Source of the DNA: Acidobacteriota bacterium
GTDB lineage: Bacteria > Acidobacteriota > Vicinamibacteria > Vicinamibacterales > SCN-69-37
Length of the DNA: 51,409 bases
NCBI GenBank assembly: GCA_024640135.1
Contig: JAHEFO010000001.1
Location: 10,035-61,443, forward strand
Direction of reading: 5' to 3'
Shown: piece by piece, positions 42,863-50,874 of the stretch
How positions within the stretch are numbered: position 1 is the stretch's first letter
Layout: each line of letters opens with the position of its first letter
The notes under the pieces: model-generated
Told to the model about the DNA's origin: nothing
Seen by the model: only the letters and a program-made list of their open reading frames with translations
Databases searched by the model: none
Made by a program: the position numbers and the translations under genes

Positions 42863-44665
42863 ATGACAAATTGTCCCCGAGTCTTCGGACGCGCGGTTGC
42901 CGCTGTGGCGATCGTGGCCATCGTCCTCGGCGCTCCCGGAGTTGACGCGCAGAACGCGCCGAGTGGCGTGCCTGAGACGGCCGATGCGGCCACCGCGGCA
43001 CATGTGCTGAACCGGCTGGGTTACGGCCCGGCGCCGGGCGACATCGCCCGGGTGCAGAAGATGTCGGTGGCGGCATACATCGAGCAGCAATTGCATCCCG
43101 ACCGGATCCAGGACCCGGCCCTGGAGGCGCGCTTGGACGCGTATCCCACGATTACCCTGTCGACCGCCGAGATCGCGCGGGACTACTACGGTCCGGCCGA
43201 CGCGCTGCGGCGTCAGGCGCAACAGGCGCAGGCCAATCGACCGGACCGGCCGGCGGCTGCGGCAGGCGCCGCGGGCCAGACTATGGCGGGAGGCCAGACC
43301 ATGGCCGGGGGCCAGACCATGGCGGGCGACCCCGCGATGGCGGGCGCGCCGCCCCAGCGACCACAGCAGTCGCCTGAGTTGCAGGCCGCGCGGCGGAAGG
43401 AGCAGCAGATCCTCCAGGATCTGATGCAGGCGCGGCTGGTGCGCGCGGTCATGTCGGAGCGACAGCTCGAAGAAGTGCTGGTTGATTTCTGGTTCAACCA
43501 CTTCAACGTCTTCTCCGGCAAGGGTCAGGTGCGCGTGTATTTGACGGAGTACGAGCGCGACGTCATCCGGCCGAATGTGCTGGGCAATTTCAGGGACATG
43601 CTTGGCGCCGTTGCCGAAAGCCCGGCGATGCTCTTCTACCTCGACAACTTCCAGAGCGTGGATCCGAAAGCCGCGCAGAAGCAGGCCGACCAGCAGCTGG
43701 CACGGATGCAGCAGGCGCAGGCCCGCGCGCGGGCCCGTGGACGCGGACGTGGTCAGGCCGTCCCGCCCAACTCGCAGCAGGCTCAGCAGCAGGCCCAGCG
43801 AATCCAGCAGGCGCGCAATCGTGGCCTCAACGAGAACTACGGGCGCGAGTTGATGGAACTGCATACGCTGGGTGTTGATGCCGGCTACACGCAGGACGAC
43901 GTGGTGGCCGTCGCACGGGCGTTCACGGGCTGGACCATCGATCGGCCCAGAGACGGCGGCAGCTTCCAGTTCAACGCCGCGATGCACGACAACGACCCGA
44001 AGGTGGTTCTGGGCCAGACAATTGACGCCGGCGGCAAGATGGACGGCGAGCGTGTCCTGGACCTGCTGGCGACACATCCGGCCACGGCGAAATTCATCGC
44101 GACCAAGCTCGTCAGGCATTTCGTGGCCGACGAACCGCCCGCGGCGCTCGTCGAGCGCGTGGCCGACGTCTTCATGAATACCAAGGGTGATCTTCGAGAA
44201 GTGACCCGCGCCGTGATCACGTCGCCGGAGTTCTTCTCGGCGGAAGCGCGGCGAGCCAAAGTCAAGACCCCGCTGGAATTCGTGGTGTCGGCCGTGCGCG
44301 CCTCCGGGGCGAATCTGAACAATCCCCAGCCGTTGGTCGCCGCTCTCCGTGCATTGGGCATGCCACTGTATGGTGCGCAGCCACCCACGGGCTGGGGTGA
44401 CACGGCCGAGGACTGGGTCAGTACGGGCGCGCTGCTCAATCGCCTGAACTTCGCGCTGCAATTGTCGCGGGGCCAGTTGCGCGGCGTGCGCCTCAACGTA
44501 CGGCAGCTGGCGCCTGATACCAGCCAGTCCAGTCAGGATGCACTCGTCCAGAAGCTGCTTCTGGGCAACGCTTCGACGACCACGCGCGAGACCATGGCCA
44601 AGGCCGAGTCGCCGCAACAGTTGATCGCCCTGGCCCTCGGTTCGCCAGAGTTCCAAAAGAGATGA
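42863..44665 (+). CDS. DUF1800 domain-containing secreted protein
   Basis: Has a signal peptide and the DFWFNHFNV hallmark. It has the usual partner, a DUF1501 gene, downstream. Confidence 0.85.
   Translation: MTNCPRVFGRAVAAVAIVAIVLGAPGVDAQNAPSGVPETADAATAAHVLNRLGYGPAPGDIARVQKMSVAAYIEQQLHPDRIQDPALEARLDAYPTITLSTAEIARDYYGPADALRRQAQQAQANRPDRPAAAAGAAGQTMAGGQTMAGGQTMAGDPAMAGAPPQRPQQSPELQAARRKEQQILQDLMQARLVRAVMSERQLEEVLVDFWFNHFNVFSGKGQVRVYLTEYERDVIRPNVLGNFRDMLGAVAESPAMLFYLDNFQSVDPKAAQKQADQQLARMQQAQARARARGRGRGQAVPPNSQQAQQQAQRIQQARNRGLNENYGRELMELHTLGVDAGYTQDDVVAVARAFTGWTIDRPRDGGSFQFNAAMHDNDPKVVLGQTIDAGGKMDGERVLDLLATHPATAKFIATKLVRHFVADEPPAALVERVADVFMNTKGDLREVTRAVITSPEFFSAEARRAKVKTPLEFVVSAVRASGANLNNPQPLVAALRALGMPLYGAQPPTGWGDTAEDWVSTGALLNRLNFALQLSRGQLRGVRLNVRQLAPDTSQSSQDALVQKLLLGNASTTTRETMAKAESPQQLIALALGSPEFQKR
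43274..43345 (+). repeat. In-frame imperfect 18-bp tandem repeat encoding (GQTMAG)x3 plus DPAMAG
   Basis: The four units are ggccagactatggcggga / ggccagaccatggccggg / ggccagaccatggcgggc / gaccccgcgatggcgggc, lying within the DUF1800 linker. Confidence 0.85.
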
Positions 44666-44812
44666 GGGGACTGTCCCGATTTGACACCAGTTGGCGCAGT
44701 TGAGCGGTAACCGTTGGCCAAGATGAAGATGAGGGGACTGTCCCGATTTGACACCAGTTGGCGCAGTTGAGCGGTAACCGTTGGCCAAGATGAAGATGAG
44801 GGGACTGTCCCG
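44661..44812. repeat. Perfect 67-bp tandem direct repeat (2 full copies plus an 18-bp third copy)
   Basis: Copies at 44661-44727 and 44728-44794 are identical base for base. The third copy begins at 44795 and diverges after 44812. The first copy includes the DUF1800 stop codon. Confidence 0.95.
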
Positions 44813-44860
44813 CCCACGAAGTGGGACTGTCCCCTCCACCAGATAGAGAGACAGGCAATC

Positions 44861-46087
44861 ATGATGAACAGGCGCATCTTCCTCAAGAACGGCAGTCTGG
44901 CTCTGGTGAGCCTCGGATTTGCCCCGGCGTTCTTCACCAGGGCCGCGCGGGCGTCCCAGGCCAGGCGCAAGGTGCTGGTTACCGTGTTTCAGCGCGGTGC
45001 CGTGGACGGGCTGAACATGATTGTCCCGTTCGGCGAAAAGGCCTACTACCAGGCGCGGCCGTCCATCGCTATTCCCCAGCCGGGTGGTCCGGGCGGCGCC
45101 GTTGACCTGGATGGCTTCTTCGGCCTCCACCCGCGCATGGCGTCGCTGGAGCCGTTCTTCAAGCGCGGCGAACTGGCGATCGTCCACGCCACCGGTTCGA
45201 ACGACCCGACCCGTTCGCACTTCGACGCACAGGACTACATGGAGAGCGGCACGCCTGGCAGGAAGAGCACGCGGGACGGCTGGCTCAACCGGTACCTCCA
45301 CGCGCGCGAGCATGAAGAGGCCAGCGCGTTTCGAGCGGTGTCACTCACCCAGCAGTTGCCGCGGGCCCTGCAGGGGCGGTCACCGGCGCTGGCCATCGAC
45401 CAACTCGGCCGTTTCGGCCTGCGCGCCGGGGACCGTGGCGACATGATGCAGTCGTCATTCGAGTCGCAGTACGCGGCCGCCGCCGATGAGCTGCTCAAGC
45501 CGACCGGCAAGGAAGCCTTCGACGCGGTCAAGCAGTTGCAGGCGATCGATTTGACCCAGTACGCGCCCAGGAATGGTGCCGTCTATCCGAACAGCCCCTA
45601 CGGACAGGCGCTCAAGCAGATCGCCCAGCTCATCAAGGCCGACATGGGCCTGGAAGTGGCGTTCGCCGAAACGGGCAACTGGGATCATCACGCCAACGAG
45701 GGACCGCAGATCGCCAATCGTCTTGACGACTTCGCCAACGGCATCGCGGCGTTCGCGCAGGACATGGGCGACGGCATGGCCGACGTCATGGTCCTCACGA
45801 TGTCGGAGTTCGGCCGGACGGTGTCGGAAAACGGCAATCGCGGCACGGACCACGGTCACGGCAACGCCATGCTGGCCCTGGGCGGCAGCGTGAAGGGCGG
45901 CAAGGTCTACGGCGCGTGGCCTGGCCTCGAGCGCGAACAGCGTTACCAAGGCCGCGACCTGGCCATCACCACTGACTTCCGCGACGTCTTCTCAGAGGTG
46001 CTCCGCAGCCACATGGGCGCGAAGGACATCTCGGGGGTCTTCCCAGGCTATTCGGCAACGAAGACGCTGGGGATTATTGGGTCCTGA
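44861..46087 (+). CDS. DUF1501 domain-containing protein (sulfatase/alkaline-phosphatase-like) with a Tat-type signal
   Basis: The N terminus MMNRRIFLKNGSLALVSLGFAP is a twin-arginine signal. DHG and GTDHGHGN metal-site-like motifs are present. Confidence 0.85.
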   Translation: MMNRRIFLKNGSLALVSLGFAPAFFTRAARASQARRKVLVTVFQRGAVDGLNMIVPFGEKAYYQARPSIAIPQPGGPGGAVDLDGFFGLHPRMASLEPFFKRGELAIVHATGSNDPTRSHFDAQDYMESGTPGRKSTRDGWLNRYLHAREHEEASAFRAVSLTQQLPRALQGRSPALAIDQLGRFGLRAGDRGDMMQSSFESQYAAAADELLKPTGKEAFDAVKQLQAIDLTQYAPRNGAVYPNSPYGQALKQIAQLIKADMGLEVAFAETGNWDHHANEGPQIANRLDDFANGIAAFAQDMGDGMADVMVLTMSEFGRTVSENGNRGTDHGHGNAMLALGGSVKGGKVYGAWPGLEREQRYQGRDLAITTDFRDVFSEVLRSHMGAKDISGVFPGYSATKTLGIIGS

Positions 46088-46125
46088 GTCCTGAGTCCTG
46101 CGCGCGGGAGCACAGCGCGTACGCG

Positions 46126-46935
46126 CTACTTCCTGGTGGCCGTCCAGTTCTCGCCCTTCATCATCTTGCCGTCTTCACTCACCCGGCCGGTGTATTGGCG
46201 GCCGCCCCCACTCAAGGAAATGTCGTAGCCGGTCAGTTCGCCCGTAATCGGGGCATTGCCCCAGGTGCCACTCACCATCTGGAATTTCTGAGTGAGTGTC
46301 ATCGTGTCGGAGCCGACCGTCCACGTGCCCTCCACTTTGGCCGGCACGATGTAGAGGATGGCGGTGCACCAACTGCTCTCACACGGATCAACGCGCTTTT
46401 CATCCGTCGGCTTCCACTCATCGTCGCCCGAGCCCATCCGGAAGGTGTTGGTGACCACGCGTGTGCCTGGCTTCATGTCCAGGATGAGCGGACGCAGGCG
46501 CTCGTTCAAGCTGGGCAACAGGAACATCGTGAGCACGTTGGCCTTCGAGAAATCCGTCTTGAAGAAATCTCCCTGAGTGAACGTGGCGCGTTCAGTCATC
46601 CCGGCTTCCTTCGCGTTCTTCTGGGCCAGCGCGACCATGTCGGGATTGAATTCGATGCCCATCGCCCTGGCTCCGCGCTTCGCGGCAGTAATCACCGTGA
46701 TGCCATCGCCGGACCCGAGATCGATCAGAAAGTCGCTCTTTGTCAGTTTCGCCATGTCAAGCATCGCGTCGACAGTCGCCTGTGGCGTCGGGACCCACAC
46801 GACGTCCTTGCCGGACTGACCCACCTTCGGTTCAAACGGCTTCTGCGTCGTCGCGGTCTGTGCGGTCAACACGGCACCAGCCATGGCCACAATCACGACC
46901 CCACTTGAAATCATTCGTGCTGCAAACTTCGTCAT
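46126..46935 (-). CDS. Class I SAM-dependent methyltransferase with an N-terminal signal peptide or anchor and a C-terminal beta domain
   Basis: SAM motif I is FLIDLGSGDGITVITAAKRG, preceded by VPTPQATVDAMLDMA. The N terminus is MTKFAARMISSGVVIVAMAGAVLTAQT. On the minus strand a TAGAAT box and a GGGGG SD lie upstream. Confidence 0.8.
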   Translation of the reverse strand: MTKFAARMISSGVVIVAMAGAVLTAQTATTQKPFEPKVGQSGKDVVWVPTPQATVDAMLDMAKLTKSDFLIDLGSGDGITVITAAKRGARAMGIEFNPDMVALAQKNAKEAGMTERATFTQGDFFKTDFSKANVLTMFLLPSLNERLRPLILDMKPGTRVVTNTFRMGSGDDEWKPTDEKRVDPCESSWCTAILYIVPAKVEGTWTVGSDTMTLTQKFQMVSGTWGNAPITGELTGYDISLSGGGRQYTGRVSEDGKMMKGENWTATRK

Positions 46936-47004
46936 TGGCCTAAACCCCCAGTCGAAATTCTACGGCGAAAAAGACGTCAGGGGTCTTTTTGCATGGCATG
47001 TGTC

Positions 47005-47010
47005 TACAAT
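47005..47010 (+). promoter_or_regulatory. Candidate -10 box TACAAT, 11 nt upstream of the D-TA family ATG
   Basis: AT-rich hexamer. The predicted leader is only about 4-5 nt and there is no SD. Confidence 0.35.
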
Positions 47011-47021
47011 TACCGAACCAC

Positions 47022-48140
47022 ATGCCTGTTTTACCGCGAACGCCCTATCCGATAGTTTCCTCCAGCCGTCTGGCCGCCAATATCCAGCGGATGCAGGCCC
47101 TGGCCCAACATGCCGGTGTGCAGCTACGCCCGCACTCAAAGACCCACAAGAGCCCGGTCATTGCCCGAATGCAGCTCGAGGCCGGGGCCGTCGGGATTTG
47201 CTGCGCGAAACTGGCCGAGGCTGAGGTTTTTGCGGAGGCCGGCATCTCTGACATCCGCCTGCCGTACCCGATTAACCCTTCCAACGCTGACCGCGTCCTT
47301 GCGCTGCTCGACAAGGTCACGCTGTCGATCATCGTCGACGATCCGGCGGTGGCCGAAGAATGGGCTGGGGCGATGACTCGAGCCGGAAAGGTGTTGAACG
47401 TCCTGGTGAAAGTGGACGTGGGATTCCATCGCTGTGGCGTGAATCCAGCAGCAGCAGATGTCGTGGAGACAATCGCCCGTATCGCGGCGATGCCTGGGCT
47501 TTCGTTTCGAGGGCTCCTGAGCCATGCGGGTCACGCGTACACCGCCGAATCACCGTACGCCCTGGCGGCGATTGTCGCTCAGGAGACCGAGATCATGACA
47601 GGACTGGCCAGGCGCCTCCGTGAGGCCGGCGTGCCTGTTGATGAAATCAGCGTGGGTTCCACGCCTACGGCCTCGTTCGCGCCGGCCCAGCACGGCATCA
47701 CTGAGATGCGCCCCGGCAACTACGTCTTTCTCGATCGCACACAAGTTGCGCTGGGCTCCGCGACCTACGCCAACTGCGCGCTCTTCGTGGAGGCGACGGT
47801 CGTGAGTCGACCAGCGCCCGACCGCGCCATCCTGGACTGCGGGAGCAAGACCTTGACCTCTGACGGGGCGCGGGGGTTCAATGCGTTTCCGGGGTTCGGC
47901 GCGGTGTTCACTTCACCGGACGCGGCCGGGCCCGACGCCTCGATTGTCATCGAACGAGTGTCAGAGGAGCACGGCGTGTGCCGGATTCCTGAATCTTCAA
48001 CCCTCCGGCCGGGCGACCGGGTTCGAGTCCTCCCGAATCACGCCTGCACGGCCGTCAACCTGATGGATCGGCTGTGGCTGTCGGACGATCATGGCGCCCT
48101 TGCTCCACTACCGGTCGCGGCGCGCGGCCGGATTTGGTGA
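47022..48140 (+). CDS. D-TA family PLP-dependent enzyme (D-threonine aldolase / D-serine dehydratase-like, alanine-racemase N-terminal fold)
   Basis: Start at MPVLPRTPYP. The PLP-lysine region is RPHSKTHKSP and the family C-terminal domain is present. Confidence 0.85.
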   Translation: MPVLPRTPYPIVSSSRLAANIQRMQALAQHAGVQLRPHSKTHKSPVIARMQLEAGAVGICCAKLAEAEVFAEAGISDIRLPYPINPSNADRVLALLDKVTLSIIVDDPAVAEEWAGAMTRAGKVLNVLVKVDVGFHRCGVNPAAADVVETIARIAAMPGLSFRGLLSHAGHAYTAESPYALAAIVAQETEIMTGLARRLREAGVPVDEISVGSTPTASFAPAQHGITEMRPGNYVFLDRTQVALGSATYANCALFVEATVVSRPAPDRAILDCGSKTLTSDGARGFNAFPGFGAVFTSPDAAGPDASIVIERVSEEHGVCRIPESSTLRPGDRVRVLPNHACTAVNLMDRLWLSDDHGALAPLPVAARGRIW

Positions 48141-48147
48141 TCATCAA

Positions 48148-48177
48148 TTTGCAGACTTCGCCCGTCGTCTGCTATCG
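48148..48177 (+). promoter_or_regulatory. Candidate his operon promoter (TTGCAG-N18-TATCGT)
   Basis: The -35-like TTGCAG is at 48148-48153 and the -10-like TATCGT at 48172-48177. The -10 lies 10 nt upstream of the leader-peptide ATG. Confidence 0.4.
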
Positions 48178-48187
48178 TCTGGATCTC

Positions 48188-48262
48188 ATGTTCTGGTTGT
48201 CCCGGCACCATCACCTTCATCATCACGGCCATTTTGTGCCGCGCCGGGCCGCTCTTCCATAG
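48188..48262 (+). CDS. Histidine-rich leader peptide (24 codons: MFWLSRHHHLHHHGHFVPRRAALP)
   Basis: Seven His codons fall among nine consecutive codons (48206-48232). It sits directly upstream of a terminator and hisI. Confidence 0.7.
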   Translation: MFWLSRHHHLHHHGHFVPRRAALP

Positions 48263-48285
48263 AAGCACCAGACTGACCATGTTTT

Positions 48286-48325
48286 GCCCGCCCGGCGATA
48301 TTCGCCCGGCGGGCTTTTTCTTTTT
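48286..48325 (+). terminator. Attenuator terminator of the his leader
   Basis: GCCCGCCCGGCG (48286-48297) pairs with CGCCCGGCGGGC (48303-48314), giving 12 bp with one mismatch and loop ATATT. This is followed by TTTTTCTTTTT. Confidence 0.8.
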
Positions 48326-48357
48326 GGTTCACACATTTTCTGGAGATTGACACTCGT

Positions 48358-48735
48358 ATGACGCTGAACTTCTCAAAACTCGATGGCCTGGTTCCTGCCG
48401 TGATCCAGGACCAGGCCACCGGCCGCGTGCTCATGGTGGGCTTCATGAACGAGGAATCGCTTCGCCTCAGTCTCGAAACGGGCTTCGCGACGTTCTACTC
48501 CCGCTCCCGCAACAAGATCTGGATGAAGGGCGAAACGTCGGGTCATCGCCTGGCCATCAAGGATGTCTCGACTGATTGCGACAGCGACACGCTTCTCCTG
48601 CAGGTCGACGCGATTGGCCCTGGCGTGTGCCACGAAGGCTATGCGAGCTGCTTCTTTCGACGATGGTCTGAGGGCCAGTGGCTGGAGAGCGAACCGCGCG
48701 CCTACGAACCCGCCGCTGTCTACGGAGTTCGGTGA
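48358..48735 (+). CDS. hisI: Phosphoribosyl-AMP cyclohydrolase (monofunctional)
   Basis: [25 protein letters not shown] and the DCDSD...C metal site are present. Length is 125 aa. Confidence 0.92.
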   Translation: MTLNFSKLDGLVPAVIQDQATGRVLMVGFMNEESLRLSLETGFATFYSRSRNKIWMKGETSGHRLAIKDVSTDCDSDTLLLQVDAIGPGVCHEGYASCFFRRWSEGQWLESEPRAYEPAAVYGVR

Positions 48736-48736
48736 A

Positions 48737-49609
48737 ATGGCGATCCTGAGACTCGGTATACCCAAGGGCAGCCTCGAAGACGCCACCGTTGACCTGTTCC
48801 GCCGCGCGGGATTCAACATCGCGGTGAACTCGCGGTCGTATTTTCCAGTCATCGACGACCCCGAGATCGAGTGCATGCTCATCCGCGCACAGGAGATGGC
48901 GCGCTACGTCGAAGACGGCGTGCTGGATGCCGGCCTGACCGGGCTCGACTGGATCATGGAAACCGGCGCGGACGTCCACAAGGTGGCCGATCTGGTCTAC
49001 TCCAAACAGAGCTTCGGCAAGGTCCGCTGGGTCCTCGCGGTCCCGGAGAATTCCCCTATCCAGTCGCTCACCGACCTGGAGGGCAAGGTTATTGCCACGG
49101 AGTTGGTCGGCTTCACCCGCCGACTGCTGGACACACACAACGTCAAGGCCAGAGTCGAGTTCTCGTGGGGCGCCACCGAGGTCAAGCCTCCCGTGCTTGC
49201 CGACGCCATCGTCGAAGTCACCGAAACCGGTTCATCACTGCGAGCCAACAATCTGCGAATTGTCCAGACGCTGCTGGAGTCCAATACTCAACTCATCGCC
49301 AATCAGGCCGCATGGAGAGACGACACCAGGCGCCGCAAGCTGGAAGATCTGACGCTGCTGCTCGAGGGCGCCATGAACGCGCTCGGCAAAGTCGGGCTGA
49401 TGCTCAACGTGGAGAGCGACAATCTGACCGCCGTCCTCCGCGTCCTTCCGGCCTTGAAACGTCCGACCATCTCGCAACTGTCGGAGGACAACTGGCTGGC
49501 GGTCAACACGATCCTGGACGAATCCACCGTCCGGACAATCATCCCGGCACTGAAGAAAGCCGGCGCCCAGGGCATCGTTGAATACCCCCTGAACAAGATC
49601 GTGATGTAA
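48737..49609 (+). CDS. hisG: ATP phosphoribosyltransferase, long form
   Basis: Start at [15 protein letters not shown], 1 nt after the hisI stop. The PRPP loop is [12 protein letters not shown] and the C-terminal regulatory domain is present. Confidence 0.92.
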   Translation: MAILRLGIPKGSLEDATVDLFRRAGFNIAVNSRSYFPVIDDPEIECMLIRAQEMARYVEDGVLDAGLTGLDWIMETGADVHKVADLVYSKQSFGKVRWVLAVPENSPIQSLTDLEGKVIATELVGFTRRLLDTHNVKARVEFSWGATEVKPPVLADAIVEVTETGSSLRANNLRIVQTLLESNTQLIANQAAWRDDTRRRKLEDLTLLLEGAMNALGKVGLMLNVESDNLTAVLRVLPALKRPTISQLSEDNWLAVNTILDESTVRTIIPALKKAGAQGIVEYPLNKIVM

Positions 49610-49611
49610 CC

Positions 49612-50874
49612 ATGATCCGCATCCTGCCCTATCGCGATTCACGACAACTGCTCGAACGCAGGGCCGCCCGGCTGGACGAAGCCGAACGTGTGGTGGCGCC
49701 GATCATCAGGGACGTCCGCCTCCGCGGCGACGCCGCCCTGCTGGACTACGCGCGCAGGTTTGACGATTTCTCCGGCACGACGTTCAGGGTGAGCCGAGCC
49801 GAATGCGCCACGGCGGCGAACGGCCTGCCGGCGAGCTTCTGGGACGCCGTCGACGTGGCAGCGGCCAACGTCCGGGAGTACGCGCGGACGCAATTGCCGT
49901 CCGATTCCATGGTCGAGGTTTCCGACGGCCGCCGCCTCGGGCAGATCGTCCGGCCGCTGGAGTCGATGGGCGCGTACATTCCGTCCGGCCGCTACCCCCT
50001 GCCCTCCACCATGCTGATGACGGTCATCCCGGCGCAGATAGCGGGTGTCCGCCGGACCTGCGTGGCCTCGCCCCGGCCAAATGCCGAGACGCTTGCCATC
50101 GCGCACCGGCTTGGCATCACCGATGTATTCCGCCTCGGTGGCGCGCAGGCCATCGCGGCGTTCGCGTACGGCACCGCATCGGTGCCCCGGGTCCAGCGGA
50201 TCGTCGGCCCCGGCAACATCTACGTTGCCGCCGCCAAGAAGTTGGTGGCCGGCGATGTGGGAATCGACTTCATTGCCGGCCCCACTGAAATCGTCGTGAT
50301 CGCGCACGACGGCAACCCGAACTGGATCGCCGCCGACATGCTGGCACAGGCCGAGCACGACACCGACGCCTCGGCGATCCTGCTGACGACATCGCAGGCG
50401 CTGTCCGCCGCCGTGCGTTCGGAGATTGAACGGCAGCTCGTCTCACTTCCGACGGCAGAGGTCGCACGACAGGCGATCGACCGCTTCGGCGCCATCGTCG
50501 TCTGTGACGACATCGAGCAGGCGATTGAGTTCTCCAACCGCCTCGCTCCGGAGCACCTGGCGCTGCACGAACCCGAGTGGCTCGGGCGCATCGAAAGCGC
50601 CGGCAGTGTGTTCCTCGGAGCGTGCAGTCCCGAGGCTGCCGGTGACTATGCGACAGGTCCGAACCATGTGCTGCCCACCTCAGGGGCGGCGCACCTGCGA
50701 GGCGGGCTGTCAGCCGCGGACTTCGTGAAGGTCATCTCCGTCCAGGAACTGTCGTCCGACGCGCTGGGGCGATTGACTCCCACGATTGCGACACTCGCCC
50801 GGGTGGAGGGCCTGGAAGCCCACGCGCGTTCAGCGGAGATACGGCGGGAGGTGACCGATGTCACGCCCTGCTAG
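49612..50874 (+). CDS. hisD: Histidinol dehydrogenase
   Basis: 420 aa with IAGPTEIVVIA and AQAEHD motifs and a C-terminal HVLPT. Confidence 0.93.
   Translation: MIRILPYRDSRQLLERRAARLDEAERVVAPIIRDVRLRGDAALLDYARRFDDFSGTTFRVSRAECATAANGLPASFWDAVDVAAANVREYARTQLPSDSMVEVSDGRRLGQIVRPLESMGAYIPSGRYPLPSTMLMTVIPAQIAGVRRTCVASPRPNAETLAIAHRLGITDVFRLGGAQAIAAFAYGTASVPRVQRIVGPGNIYVAAAKKLVAGDVGIDFIAGPTEIVVIAHDGNPNWIAADMLAQAEHDTDASAILLTTSQALSAAVRSEIERQLVSLPTAEVARQAIDRFGAIVVCDDIEQAIEFSNRLAPEHLALHEPEWLGRIESAGSVFLGACSPEAAGDYATGPNHVLPTSGAAHLRGGLSAADFVKVISVQELSSDALGRLTPTIATLARVEGLEAHARSAEIRREVTDVTPC

Noticed and set aside
44661-44834. Possible CRISPR array, or mini-ORFs (MKMRGLSRFDTSWRS, MRGLSRFDTSWRS), in the 67-bp repeat region
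   Set aside because: The repeats are directly abutting with no spacers, there are only 2.3 copies and there are no cas genes, so this is not a CRISPR array. The mini-ORFs lack an SD or a start-proximal -10 box and simply follow from the duplication. I have no evidence that they are translated.
42827-45313. 828-aa ORF on the minus strand spanning the DUF1800 gene, the 67-bp repeats and the start of the DUF1501 gene
   Set aside because: Its translation is Arg/Gly/His/Pro-rich and low in complexity, with no recognisable domain. It lies antisense to two genes with clear family signatures. Long antisense ORFs are expected in high-GC DNA.
46967-46990. AAAAAGAC-N7-GTCTTTTT hairpin resembling a bidirectional terminator
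   Set aside because: It lies between two divergently transcribed genes, so there is nothing to terminate. The stem is short and AT-rich. It probably just reflects the AT-rich promoter region.
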